NCBI GenBank assembly: GCA_965660855.1
Contig: CBFIBM010000009.1
Coordinates: 15,588 to 79,587, forward strand
DNA length: 64,000 nt
Direction: 5' to 3'
Source of the DNA: an uncultured bacterium
GTDB taxonomy: Bacteria; Fidelibacterota; Marinisomatia; Marinisomatales; UBA1611
A model generated the notes under the pieces. The model did no database searches. It was given only the letters and a program-made list of their open reading frames with translations, and was not told where the DNA came from. Positions 10,543-20,885 of this stretch are shown here, piece by piece. Within the stretch, counting starts at the first letter, position 1, and each line of letters opens with the position of its first letter. The translations under genes and the position numbers were made by a program.

Positions 10543-12548
10543 TTTTAGTCAATCGAATTAAGGAGTTAAAGAAAGTTTTATCAGAGCATAATTATAACTA
10601 TTATATACTAGATAACCCTATTATTACAGATTCAGAATATGATTCCCTGTTTCGGGAATTAGAAGAGTTAGAAAAAAAAAACAAACATTTAATCACTCCT
10701 GATTCACCAACACAAAGAGTTGGTGAAAAACCAAATTCAAAATTTGATGTTATCCAACATAGAAAACCAATGCTCTCTTTAGCTAATGCTATGACTACTG
10801 ATGAATTGGTTAAATTTAATAATCGAATCAAAAATCTTCTTAATATAAGTAGCGTTGAATATATAGCAGAACCAAAGCTTGATGGCCTAGGAGTAGAAAT
10901 AGTATACGAAAATGGAACTCTTATAAAAGCATCCACCAGAGGAGATGGCTATGTCGGTGAAGATATAACCCAAAATTTAAAAACTATTCGATCAGTTCCA
11001 TTAAAACTTCGTAACTCTGATAAAAAAGTACCTAGCTTACTAGAGGTTCGAGGTGAAGTATTTATTAAAAAAGATGATTTTCAAAAAATGAATATTGAAC
11101 AAAAGAATAATAGTAAAGCTCTTTTTGTAAATCCTCGAAATGCTGCAGCAGGTAGTTTAAGGCAACTGGATCCGGCGAAAACAGCTACAAGGCCCCTTTC
11201 CATATATTTATATGACTCTGGAGTAGTCGAGGGTTTAACTTTTAAGAATCATATTGCCTTTCTAGAGGCACTCAAGCTTTGGGGGCTTCCAACCAACTCT
11301 CTTTCAGAAAAAATTTCTAGCTCTAAAGGCTTAATTGAATATCATAAAAAACTTGAAGGAAAAAGGAATACTCTTCCTTATGAAATTGATGGAACTGTTT
11401 TTAAAGTAAATGATTATCTTTTTAGAGATAAAATTGGAAGTCGTAGTAGATCTCCTCGCTGGGCTATTGCTGGAAAATTCAAATCTCAACAAGCAATGAC
11501 CATAATTAAAAGCATCACTATTCAAGTTGGAAGAACTGGCGCGCTTACACCCGTTGCAAATTTAGAACCTGTCTTTGTTGGGGGAGTTACCGTAACAAAT
11601 GCTACTTTACATAATCAAGCTGAAATAAACAAAAAAGACATTAGAATAGGAGATACTGTAATTGTTGAACGTGCTGGGGATGTTATACCTAAAATTATAA
11701 AATCAATTCCTGAAAAAAGACTGTTGGAATCTATTTCATTTAAGATACCCCAAATATGTCCAATTTGTCTTACTAAAGCATCATTTTCTAAAGATCAAAC
11801 TGTTTTAAGATGTCCAAATTCTTCTTGCCCCAGTCAAATAAAAGGAAGAATTCAACATTTTTGCTCTAGGAATGCAATGAATATTGATGGTCTAGGTGAA
11901 AAAATTATTAACCAATTAGTGGAAAAAAGCATTATCATTTCTGTTTCTGATATATACTCTATTACAAAAGATCAATTACTAACGCTAGATGGTTTCGGCT
12001 CAAAGTCTGCAGAAAATCTTTTAGAATCAATAAAAAAATCTAAAAGAACCTCTTTTTCTAAATTTATTTATGCATTAGGTATTCGCAATGTTGGCGAGCA
12101 TATTTCAAAATTATTAGAGGATTATTTTAATGGTAGCTTAGAGGATTTTATGATGTGCTCTGATTATGAATTAGAATCTATCGATGGTGTCGGAATAATT
12201 GTTTCACATAATATTATACGATTTTGGAAGGATATCAATAATATTAAGATTGTCAAAAGTTGTATTGCTTCTGGCGTGGAGTTACTATATAAAAAAAATA
12301 AAAGAAATAATTTATTAAGCGATAAAAATTTTGTTTTTACCGGCTCTTTGAAAAATTTAAAAAGATCAGAAGTAAAAGAGATAATTCAATCTGTAGGCTC
12401 AACATTTTCAAGCAATATTAGTAAAAAAACTGATTTTTTAGTTGCTGGTCCAGGTGCTGGGTCAAAATTAGCAAAAGCAAAAAATTTGAATATTAAAATA
12501 ATATCGGAATTAGAGTTTCTAAATATGATGGGAAAAAATGAAAATTAA
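10539..12548 (+). CDS. ligA: NAD-dependent DNA ligase
   Basis: EPKLDG adenylation motif, TRGDG, NPRNAAAGSLRQLD, Cys4 zinc finger, HhH repeats, C-terminal BRCT. Confidence 0.99.
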   Translation: MILVNRIKELKKVLSEHNYNYYILDNPIITDSEYDSLFRELEELEKKNKHLITPDSPTQRVGEKPNSKFDVIQHRKPMLSLANAMTTDELVKFNNRIKNLLNISSVEYIAEPKLDGLGVEIVYENGTLIKASTRGDGYVGEDITQNLKTIRSVPLKLRNSDKKVPSLLEVRGEVFIKKDDFQKMNIEQKNNSKALFVNPRNAAAGSLRQLDPAKTATRPLSIYLYDSGVVEGLTFKNHIAFLEALKLWGLPTNSLSEKISSSKGLIEYHKKLEGKRNTLPYEIDGTVFKVNDYLFRDKIGSRSRSPRWAIAGKFKSQQAMTIIKSITIQVGRTGALTPVANLEPVFVGGVTVTNATLHNQAEINKKDIRIGDTVIVERAGDVIPKIIKSIPEKRLLESISFKIPQICPICLTKASFSKDQTVLRCPNSSCPSQIKGRIQHFCSRNAMNIDGLGEKIINQLVEKSIIISVSDIYSITKDQLLTLDGFGSKSAENLLESIKKSKRTSFSKFIYALGIRNVGEHISKLLEDYFNGSLEDFMMCSDYELESIDGVGIIVSHNIIRFWKDINNIKIVKSCIASGVELLYKKNKRNNLLSDKNFVFTGSLKNLKRSEVKEIIQSVGSTFSSNISKKTDFLVAGPGAGSKLAKAKNLNIKIISELEFLNMMGKNEN

Positions 12549-13734
12549 ATTTACCTTTTTTACTTTACCTCTAATAATAAGCATATATGGAAATGAAATT
12601 GCAGTAGTAAAAATTGCAGATGTACCAGCTAAAAGCCTCTATATAACTCAGCCAACCAATGAAAATAATTTATTATTTGTTTTGAACCAAAAAGGGAAAA
12701 TCTTCATTTTAAAGAATGAAAAGCTTTTAAAAAATCCTTTTTTGGATATAACAGATCGAGTACATGGATCATTAACACCTGGTAGTGAGGAAGGTTTGCT
12801 AGGATTAGCATTTCACCCAAACTATAGCCAAAATGGTTTTTTCTATGTCAATTATATTAATAAAAATGACTCCTCCATTGTATCCAGGTTTTCGGCAAGT
12901 TCAAACCCTGAAATTGCGGATGATAATTCAGAAAAAATTATACTAAAAGTTCAGCAACCTTTTGGAAATCATAATGGAGGGCACTTAGCATTCGGTCCAA
13001 AAGACAATATGCTTTATGTTGGATTTGGAGATGGAGGAAAGCACGGTGACCCATATAATAATTCTCAAAACTTAAACAGTCTATTAGGCTCAATTTTGAG
13101 GATTAACATTGATGAAGGAGATCCTTATAGCATACCAATAGATAATCCTTTTTACGGACAAAAAAATAAGAGAGGTGAAATTTTTTGTTACGGACTACGC
13201 AATCCATGGAGATTCTCTTTTGACAGAATAACAAATGATTTATTAATTGGAGATGTCGGACAAAATAAATGGGAAGAGGTAAACTGGAATACCTGGAGCG
13301 AAGCAAAAGGTGCAAACTATGGTTGGAAAATAATGGAAGCTGATCATTGTTTTGAACCTGAAGAGTTTTGTGATACTCTTGGGTTAACGATGCCTATTCA
13401 TGAATACCCAAACAATGCTGCTTACATGAGAATTTTGATGGGAATGGATGAATCTGAGGCAACAGGATGTTCTGTTACTGGAGGCTATGTTTTTAGGGGT
13501 AATAAAGCATCTTCTTTCTATGGAACTTATATTTTTGGGGATTACTGTACTGGACGAATCTGGGCATTTAAAAAACAAAAGAACAAAAGAATAAATTTCC
13601 AAAATATAAGGAACGAATTAAAGAAGACTAGCAAAGATTTACCCTTGTTTATTTCATCTTTTGGGGAAGATAGTTCTGGAAAACTTTATGTAGTAGACTA
13701 TTTAGGTTCAGTCTTTAAATTCGTAACACGTTAG
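12538..13734 (+). CDS. PQQ-dependent soluble sugar dehydrogenase (GSDH family)
   Basis: EEGLLGLAFHP, NHNGG, GDGG, GLRNPWRFSFD, SSFGED. Confidence 0.9.
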   Translation: MKIKFTFFTLPLIISIYGNEIAVVKIADVPAKSLYITQPTNENNLLFVLNQKGKIFILKNEKLLKNPFLDITDRVHGSLTPGSEEGLLGLAFHPNYSQNGFFYVNYINKNDSSIVSRFSASSNPEIADDNSEKIILKVQQPFGNHNGGHLAFGPKDNMLYVGFGDGGKHGDPYNNSQNLNSLLGSILRINIDEGDPYSIPIDNPFYGQKNKRGEIFCYGLRNPWRFSFDRITNDLLIGDVGQNKWEEVNWNTWSEAKGANYGWKIMEADHCFEPEEFCDTLGLTMPIHEYPNNAAYMRILMGMDESEATGCSVTGGYVFRGNKASSFYGTYIFGDYCTGRIWAFKKQKNKRINFQNIRNELKKTSKDLPLFISSFGEDSSGKLYVVDYLGSVFKFVTR

Positions 13735-13747
13735 ATAAGGCTTTTAT

Positions 13748-14065
13748 ATGATGCAGATTGATCAAGTTGTTGGTGATATTATTCTTTTAGTTTTACATAA
13801 TCATGAACCTCTCAAAAAAATTGGAATTGAAGAGGATAGAATTTTTGTAAAAGTAAAAGGATACGATGGAAATGGCATGTGGATTCATCAACCAAAATTT
13901 CAAATTAGTAAACCTCCTAATAAAAATAAAAAGAAAAATTTCCCTGAAAAATCTGTTGAAGCATCGGTATTAATACCATGGGGTTTTATTGTATCTATTG
14001 CCCACTTCCCTGGTGCTGAGGGGTTAGATTTCCCTGACCCTTTTAAACTAGAAATAGGTTTCTAA
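13748..14065 (+). CDS. Small hypothetical protein, possible Sm/SH3-like beta-barrel
   Basis: 105-aa ORF filling the gap in the operon; VKVKGYDGNGMWI...VLIPWGFIVSI pattern. Confidence 0.6.
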   Translation: MMQIDQVVGDIILLVLHNHEPLKKIGIEEDRIFVKVKGYDGNGMWIHQPKFQISKPPNKNKKKNFPEKSVEASVLIPWGFIVSIAHFPGAEGLDFPDPFKLEIGF

Positions 14066-14071
14066 AAATAA

Positions 14072-14998
14072 ATGAAAAATTTAGCTATTGAAATCAAAGG
14101 TTTAACTAAATCTTATAAAAGCGTTGATGCTTTAAAGGGTGTTGATATAGAAATCAAAGAGGGTGAATTCTTTGGATTACTCGGCCCAAATGGAGCTGGT
14201 AAAACAACTACAATAAATATTTTAACTGGCCTCGTTTTTCGAGATCTTGGAATAACAAATATTTTTGGAAAAGATACAGTTAAACATTTCCGATTCACTA
14301 GAGCAAAAGTTGGAATTGCTGCACAAGAAATCTCTGTTGATTGGTTTTTTTCAGTTGAAAAACTTTTATTTTTTCATGCAGGGTATTATGGTATATCAAA
14401 AGATAAAGCTCGCCCTAGGATTGAATCCCTTTTAGAGAGACTTGGCCTTGAAAAAAAAAGAAAATCAAAATTAAGACAACTATCTGGAGGTATGAAGCGT
14501 CGCTTCCAAATTGCAAAAGCTTTAGTACATGATCCAGATATTTTGATACTTGATGAACCTACTGCTGGTGTTGACGTGGAGTTGCGTAGAGACCTTTGGG
14601 ATTATTTAAAAGAATTACACTCATCAGGTAAAACCATTTTACTTACAACGCATTATATTGAAGAAGCTGAACTCTTATGCGAAAACATAGCAATTATAGA
14701 TCAAGGAAAAATTTTAAAAAAAGGAACACCAAAAGATCTTACCAAAGAGTACGGATCTGCTGTCATATCTATCAGTTCTTTAAACATTAAAAACAGCATT
14801 AAGTCTTTTGTAACCAATTACAAATATATCATGGATGATAATCAAATTAATTTCTCTGTAAAAGATCCTGAACTAGCATTGCCTGAAATAATACAATCCT
14901 TAACTACTTCTGGTATTCAAATACAAAAGATAGAAACTAATAAATCTTCATTGGAAGATGTTTTTTTAGACTTAACTGGTAAGAGGTTAAATAAATGA
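14072..14998 (+). CDS. ABC-2 type exporter ATP-binding protein (YadG-like)
   Basis: GPNGAGKT, LSGGM, LILDEPTAGVD, TTH. Confidence 0.95.
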   Translation: MKNLAIEIKGLTKSYKSVDALKGVDIEIKEGEFFGLLGPNGAGKTTTINILTGLVFRDLGITNIFGKDTVKHFRFTRAKVGIAAQEISVDWFFSVEKLLFFHAGYYGISKDKARPRIESLLERLGLEKKRKSKLRQLSGGMKRRFQIAKALVHDPDILILDEPTAGVDVELRRDLWDYLKELHSSGKTILLTTHYIEEAELLCENIAIIDQGKILKKGTPKDLTKEYGSAVISISSLNIKNSIKSFVTNYKYIMDDNQINFSVKDPELALPEIIQSLTTSGIQIQKIETNKSSLEDVFLDLTGKRLNK

Positions 14999-15756
14999 AT
15001 TGGATTGGATTAAAAACATTAATTTTTAGAGAGGTAGGTAGATTTTTCTCAGTCTATAGACAAACAGTTTTACCTGGTCTAATTACCTCAGCTTTGTATA
15101 TAGCAATATTTGGATTTACGTTAGAGCAACGAATTTCAGAAATTCAAGGTGTTCCTTATACATTATTTATACTACCAGGACTAATTATGATGAATACTCT
15201 AACAAATGCGACTTCAAATACTTCATCTTCTATTTTACAAATGAAGCTTCTTCAGCAACTACCCGATCTTTTAACAGCTCCCTTATCTGGTATTGAAATT
15301 TCGCTTGCATATATTATTGGCGGAGCAATTCGAGGACTTGTGAATGGAGTTTTAGTTTTAGTTTTAGGGGTTTTTGTAGTTGGTATGCCTGTTTATGATC
15401 CATTAGCAACTATATTGTTTATTTTTCTGGTTTCATGGGCATTTTCAAGTATGGGGTTGCTTCTTGGTCAAATAGCTGAAAGTTGGGATCAACTAGCCAT
15501 GATGCAAAATTTTTTTCTGACTCCATTGAGTTTTCTTGGAGGTATTTTTTATTCAATAAACATGCTGCCTGAGTGGGCGCAAACTCTTAGTTTTATTAAC
15601 CCTATTTATTATATGATTAATGGTATAAGATATACAATATTGGGTATTAGCGATTCTTCTGTTTATGTTAGTTTTATTATGGCTGTATTTCTAACATTAG
15701 TTTTTACAATCGCTGCTGTATCATTGATGGAAAGTGGTAAAAAAATTAAGTATTGA
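14995..15756 (+). CDS. ABC-2 type exporter permease (YadH-like)
   Basis: About six TM helices; PLSFLGGIFYS, NPIYYMINGIRY; overlaps the ATPase stop. Confidence 0.93.
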   Translation: MNWIGLKTLIFREVGRFFSVYRQTVLPGLITSALYIAIFGFTLEQRISEIQGVPYTLFILPGLIMMNTLTNATSNTSSSILQMKLLQQLPDLLTAPLSGIEISLAYIIGGAIRGLVNGVLVLVLGVFVVGMPVYDPLATILFIFLVSWAFSSMGLLLGQIAESWDQLAMMQNFFLTPLSFLGGIFYSINMLPEWAQTLSFINPIYYMINGIRYTILGISDSSVYVSFIMAVFLTLVFTIAAVSLMESGKKIKY

Positions 15757-16463
15757 AAAGAAATCTTTATTTTTACTTTTTTTTATCTATTGCTTTATGT
15801 CATGATCCTGAAGCAGAATCACTTAAATGGAAACAATACTATAGAATTGGATTAGTCCAATCAAATACATTTGATTCAGGTTTAAAAGGCTTCGGTCGTT
15901 TAAAAAGAACAACAGTAAAAACATTTAAAGACCTAAGATTTTATATTCATAGTTATGACAAAGAAACTGAGATAAGGACAAGATATAAATCAAGTCGTAG
16001 GCTTATGAAGTATGACGACATCTATTTTTTTAATACTATAATATATGAAAAAAATACACTAACTAACGATAATCTTCGATACCTTTATAATCAAGGTGTT
16101 GGTTATTTTATTAGTAATATAAATAATTATAATTTAACTTTTGAATTAGGTCCAGCATTTGATAATTCTGATTATTTAAACAGTCAAATTCGAACTACAT
16201 TCTTAAAAAACAGCTTTTCTTTTGACGTTTTTTTAAGAAACGTTAAGGGCAAATTAGAAGTTGATTACTTCAATCAAATAAATAAAAAGATTAATAATAA
16301 AGCATTACATAGATTACAAATACTTGGAGAGTTCAGATTATCAATAAATAGTTTATTTGATGTAATAATTGGAAATTTTCAAGAATATCAAAATAAAAAA
16401 ATTATGAATAACTCTATTTCAATAGCTTTTTCTTTTTCAAGGCAAATCAATTGGAATCTCTAA
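15753..16463 (+). CDS. Putative outer-membrane beta-barrel (DUF481-like)
   Basis: Signal peptide; alternating beta pattern; LRYLYNQGVGY, TFELGPAF. Confidence 0.5.
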   Translation: MKRNLYFYFFLSIALCHDPEAESLKWKQYYRIGLVQSNTFDSGLKGFGRLKRTTVKTFKDLRFYIHSYDKETEIRTRYKSSRRLMKYDDIYFFNTIIYEKNTLTNDNLRYLYNQGVGYFISNINNYNLTFELGPAFDNSDYLNSQIRTTFLKNSFSFDVFLRNVKGKLEVDYFNQINKKINNKALHRLQILGEFRLSINSLFDVIIGNFQEYQNKKIMNNSISIAFSFSRQINWNL

Positions 16464-17941
16464 TGAATAGACTTGTTTTTCTTAATTTAATTATACCTTA
16501 TTTTATCTTTTCAAATCAAACCACTCTTCTTGACCCTAGCTTGACTTTAGAGAAAAAAAAACTAGCAATTTTGCCATCCCAAAACAAAAATTATCAAGAT
16601 ATTACAGAAAAGTTATTATCTATTATCTCCTCACAAGCAGCTTCAATTGGAAAATTTGAAGTCATTGATAGAAGTATAATAAATGATATTTTAAAAGAAC
16701 AGCAATTCCAATTATCTGGATCGGTAATAGAAAAAGATATTGTGAAAGTTGGTGCCCTTGCAGCAGCAGAAGAAGCTTTAATTGTAGATATTATTCATTT
16801 TGGACAAAAAGGGATTCCACTAAAAACTGATGATGCAAAAAAAACAAAGCAAGAAGATAATTATAATGAGACACTCTTTTCATGGTTAGTTAAGACATCA
16901 ATTAAAACTGCAATTGAAGAAAATAGTAAACCCGACACTCTCCAAATTGGCCTGCAACTTCGCAACAATATACAAACTTCTATTGAAGCAAATATAAAAT
17001 TTATCAATATAGAAGATGGAACTTTATTAAAGTCTATTCCTTTATCTGCTTCTTATACTGGAGGGAATAAAGATGCTTCTCTAATTAAGGTTTTGGAGAA
17101 CTTAAATTTACAAGTGAGGTGGAAATTAAAAAATCTTTACATGATAAATAGTGAAATAATTGAAGTTAATAAGTATAATATTACTATGATGTCCGGAAAT
17201 AATTTAGGTTTAAAAGATGGAACCATTTTTGAAATAAGTTCAATAGATAAAATAAAAACATATAAGGGACGAACGGTTACAATTCCCGGGAAATCTAAAG
17301 CTTTAGTTAAAATTACTGATGTTGGTTCTGATGCCAGTACAGGAAAAATTATTAGAAAATGGAAGAGTATTCGTCCTGGAGATAAGGCTTATGAATTAAA
17401 TAATTATCCAAAAATTACTGCATTGAATCTCTCTTTTTTAAACAATAAAAAATATGAAATTTCTGGTAAACTTATCTTAAATAGTTTTAAAGATATTTCT
17501 CCAAGCATAAATGGTTATTTAGGTTCTATAATTGATTCTAGAAATGAAATGAATGGATATTTAGGATTTGGAGCAGATCTAAATTATGATATTTTTTCAA
17601 TATTTGGGACTAAATACTCAACTTCATTAAGAATACCCGCTTTATTTGCATTTAGAAGCGATGATAAAGGTCATAATGTTGGTTCTTTTTTTTCAGATCC
17701 ATCAATTAGTTTTGACTGGAGAATCCAAGTATCTCCATATAAGGATTTAGTTTTTTCTATTAATTATACACTTACACATGTTCATGGTCCTTGGCAGTGG
17801 CAAAAAGATACGGGTGAATTAAATGAAGAAGGGAAAAGTATTACTCAAACTGAGCCAGCAGTATGGAATATAAACTCTGAGCCGGATGTCCAACCTCCGG
17901 ATTTTTATTTTTCTATAGGTCTAATAAATATTATTTTTTGA
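16463..17941 (+). CDS. CsgG/HfaB-like protein with FlgT-C-like middle region and possible C-terminal barrel
   Basis: ATG overlaps the upstream TAA; KFEVIDRSIINDILKEQQFQLSG (CsgG/TolB-N-like); GNNLGLKDGTIFEI...VKITDV; aromatic C-terminus. Confidence 0.6.
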   Translation: MNRLVFLNLIIPYFIFSNQTTLLDPSLTLEKKKLAILPSQNKNYQDITEKLLSIISSQAASIGKFEVIDRSIINDILKEQQFQLSGSVIEKDIVKVGALAAAEEALIVDIIHFGQKGIPLKTDDAKKTKQEDNYNETLFSWLVKTSIKTAIEENSKPDTLQIGLQLRNNIQTSIEANIKFINIEDGTLLKSIPLSASYTGGNKDASLIKVLENLNLQVRWKLKNLYMINSEIIEVNKYNITMMSGNNLGLKDGTIFEISSIDKIKTYKGRTVTIPGKSKALVKITDVGSDASTGKIIRKWKSIRPGDKAYELNNYPKITALNLSFLNNKKYEISGKLILNSFKDISPSINGYLGSIIDSRNEMNGYLGFGADLNYDIFSIFGTKYSTSLRIPALFAFRSDDKGHNVGSFFSDPSISFDWRIQVSPYKDLVFSINYTLTHVHGPWQWQKDTGELNEEGKSITQTEPAVWNINSEPDVQPPDFYFSIGLINIIF

Positions 17942-17945
17942 AAAA

Positions 17946-20885
17946 TTAAAATGGATTAATAAGTGTTAGCTGAAAATAAGATTTTGGCACCACCTCATTA
18001 TTCCAATCTTTTATCGATTGGGCCCATCCATAGCTAAATGTAAAAATTGGAAGACTTGCCAATGACATAAAAATTCTGAATTCTGCTCCAGCTTGGATTA
18101 TAAACTCTTCTCTTTCAACTCCTTTAGACCAGGCATCTCCAAAATCAGATATTAGAGCAACCGTTGGTTTCCCAACACTTATAAACTTAAAAAAATCAAG
18201 AATATTTATTGGTAAAATTGGAGCTCTCAATTCTAAAGTCCCAAGGTAGGCCATTTCACCAAGCCTTGATGGCTTGTTAAAACCCCTTGGCGACATATAT
18301 TCACGACCAGGAGTAATTGATCCCATAATATAAAAATTAGGAATATCAAAAATTCCTAATTTTTCTTGATTTGGAGGGAGACCACTTATTGCTTCAAACC
18401 GGTTTCTCGAGAATAATGAAAATGGGCCAACTTTTTTATTAAGATAAAAATCTAACTTGACTTTGGTATAATCAAAATTACCAAATAATTGTTGGGTTGT
18501 TTTTTTTATATTAGCACGAAAGCCATATCCCTGATTTGGGTTAAATGAATTTCTTACATGTGATCTTTTGCTAACAAAATTGTACCCTAAATTAATACTT
18601 CCTTCTTTTCCAGATTCAGGGTCCTTGAAAGGGTTTTTGTTTTTATTATTTGGGGTTAATTCTATTTTTCTATCTATTATTTGAAGAGAATAGGTTAATA
18701 AATGATTCTTAGTCAACGATTTACCAAAATTATAAGGTGACTTTATCCAGATTGAGAATCCATTAAAGGCTTCTAAAATTGTTTCTTCATTATTATATAA
18801 TTGAAAATTAAAATTAGCATTTCTATAAAAATCAAACCCCCAGAAACTTTTTAATGGAATTCCTGTAGCATTTTGATACTGAAAAAAAACAGTTGTATAT
18901 TTGTTATAATCGCTGCCTAAAAGAGTTGAAAACGTATGCCTCCCCAATACATCTGAGTATACACTATTATATAGGATACTTCCTACATCCGGAATAATTA
19001 CTGTACCTAAGTGTCTTAAATTATTTTTGAAAGAATAATCTGAACTGCTCAATATTTTGACCGGTTTCTTAAAGTCTATCTTTTCTATTTTTTCTTCAGG
19101 TTTTTTTTCAATCCAAGAAGAAAATCTTTTATTCATTGTTGTATTTCTCTTATTCGCAACCCTATTGGGATCAACAGAAAGAATTTTTGAACTACTATAT
19201 GTATTAAGAGTAATCGCCGATAAAGATTTATCCTTTTCGTTATATTGAATTGCCCAAGCTATATCTCCAATATCTGTATTTTGAATTAATTTATTAGTAT
19301 TTACATCATATGTAAAAACATTAGGAGTTAATTCATACATACTTGTGAATGAAATTTTTCCACCATTTTCAATCCAAATAGGATTAAAATCTGCTTCTTT
19401 TGATTCTGTTACTCTAACAATTTCTTTTAGTTCTAAATCTAAAATATAAATATCCATCCAACCATCAGAATTAGATTTTGAAAATGCAATTAGATCACCA
19501 TTTGGACTCCATGATGGTGTGATTATTTGGATATCACCAGAGAAATTTGTTAATTGTCTTATATCTGAACCATCATTTTTCATTAAAAATAATTGGGAAT
19601 TTGAATTTTTATGAGACACAAATAACACATCTTTACCATCTGGAGAAAATTTTGGATAATTAGCTCTCATAGAATGTGTTAAAAATATTATTTCATTAGT
19701 TTTTAATTCATACTTACAAATATCAAGCAATAAGCTTTGGTTCTCACCATAATGATATTTTGGATAAATAATCGTTTCATTATCTGGAGAAATATCTAAG
19801 TTTTGAATCAATTCTCCAAACCTTCCGCTATCTAATTCTTTTAATTTCCATCTAGGCTTTGGTCTTTTAGCTTTTTCTTTCTGGTTTTTATTTTTATTTA
19901 ATTTTTTTTGCCTTTTTGTAAAAATTTTATTCTCTTTGGTAGTATCTCTTGTAGCTAAAATTATTGAATTGTCTCTTTGACCCTTAGAAATTTTTCCGAT
20001 AATTGCCATTTGTAGTGTATCCGAGAAATAATCAAAAAATTGAACTGTTTTCCCAGGAATGACTTTCTCAATACCTATGTCTGAGATTGCTTCTTTTTGT
20101 GATCTATTACCAAAATAGTATGTATTCATGAGAAGTCGCCAGTCCTCATTAAATTGTTTTAACTTAATACCTGTATATTTTTTAAAAGAATCTTCAAAAT
20201 TTAAAAGTCCAAATTTATTTCTATGCTTAAGTATTTTAGTTATTGTTGAATCACCAAACCTATCTGCTAAATATAGAGTTTTAGAAAAACCATCATTATG
20301 AGGATCTCTGATTTTATGTACCGTGTTTTTATACACATGCCCTTTATGAGATATATCAAATCTAAAAGGTCTCCATTTTTCAGTGTAATACTCTGCTAAA
20401 CCTTCGCTTACCCATGGGGGTATATTTGCATAAAGAATATCCATTGGCCTTGGGATCCATTCAGGTCCTTTTATGGTATTAAAAAAAACAAGATGTTGAA
20501 GCTCATGTGCTAGTACTGTTCTCAACCACTTTTCATCGCCTGTCCACAGCGCTGCATCATTCTGATCTACCCATATTATTGTATAGTTTGCAGGGACTGC
20601 AAAGCCATTCAAAATTTCATCTTCTTCAGTAAATGCTATAGATAACCTTGGAAGGTCATCTATATCCATTTGCTTCATTAAATTTGGTCTTATTTGTTCA
20701 GCAATAGTTGCTCCTTGAAAAGCAATTTTTTCAATTTTATCATAATAATGTATATCAAAATTTTCAGTTTTAATTGATTTCCATTTAATTTCTCCATGAG
20801 TTCTTTGGTTCATCATCCAAGACCCTGTTGCAAAAACAAATGAAATATTTAATAAATAAAAAGTTATTACTTTTAAATAATTCAT
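17946..20885 (-). CDS. Omp85-like outer-membrane protein with N-terminal zinc metallopeptidase and PD40/TolB-like propeller
   Basis: HELQH plus EGLAEY; repeats ISPDN, PKFSPDG, PSWSPNG; PRGF and LELRAP barrel motifs; C-terminal Phe. Confidence 0.8.
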   Translation of the reverse strand: MNYLKVITFYLLNISFVFATGSWMMNQRTHGEIKWKSIKTENFDIHYYDKIEKIAFQGATIAEQIRPNLMKQMDIDDLPRLSIAFTEEDEILNGFAVPANYTIIWVDQNDAALWTGDEKWLRTVLAHELQHLVFFNTIKGPEWIPRPMDILYANIPPWVSEGLAEYYTEKWRPFRFDISHKGHVYKNTVHKIRDPHNDGFSKTLYLADRFGDSTITKILKHRNKFGLLNFEDSFKKYTGIKLKQFNEDWRLLMNTYYFGNRSQKEAISDIGIEKVIPGKTVQFFDYFSDTLQMAIIGKISKGQRDNSIILATRDTTKENKIFTKRQKKLNKNKNQKEKAKRPKPRWKLKELDSGRFGELIQNLDISPDNETIIYPKYHYGENQSLLLDICKYELKTNEIIFLTHSMRANYPKFSPDGKDVLFVSHKNSNSQLFLMKNDGSDIRQLTNFSGDIQIITPSWSPNGDLIAFSKSNSDGWMDIYILDLELKEIVRVTESKEADFNPIWIENGGKISFTSMYELTPNVFTYDVNTNKLIQNTDIGDIAWAIQYNEKDKSLSAITLNTYSSSKILSVDPNRVANKRNTTMNKRFSSWIEKKPEEKIEKIDFKKPVKILSSSDYSFKNNLRHLGTVIIPDVGSILYNSVYSDVLGRHTFSTLLGSDYNKYTTVFFQYQNATGIPLKSFWGFDFYRNANFNFQLYNNEETILEAFNGFSIWIKSPYNFGKSLTKNHLLTYSLQIIDRKIELTPNNKNKNPFKDPESGKEGSINLGYNFVSKRSHVRNSFNPNQGYGFRANIKKTTQQLFGNFDYTKVKLDFYLNKKVGPFSLFSRNRFEAISGLPPNQEKLGIFDIPNFYIMGSITPGREYMSPRGFNKPSRLGEMAYLGTLELRAPILPINILDFFKFISVGKPTVALISDFGDAWSKGVEREEFIIQAGAEFRIFMSLASLPIFTFSYGWAQSIKDWNNEVVPKSYFQLTLINPF

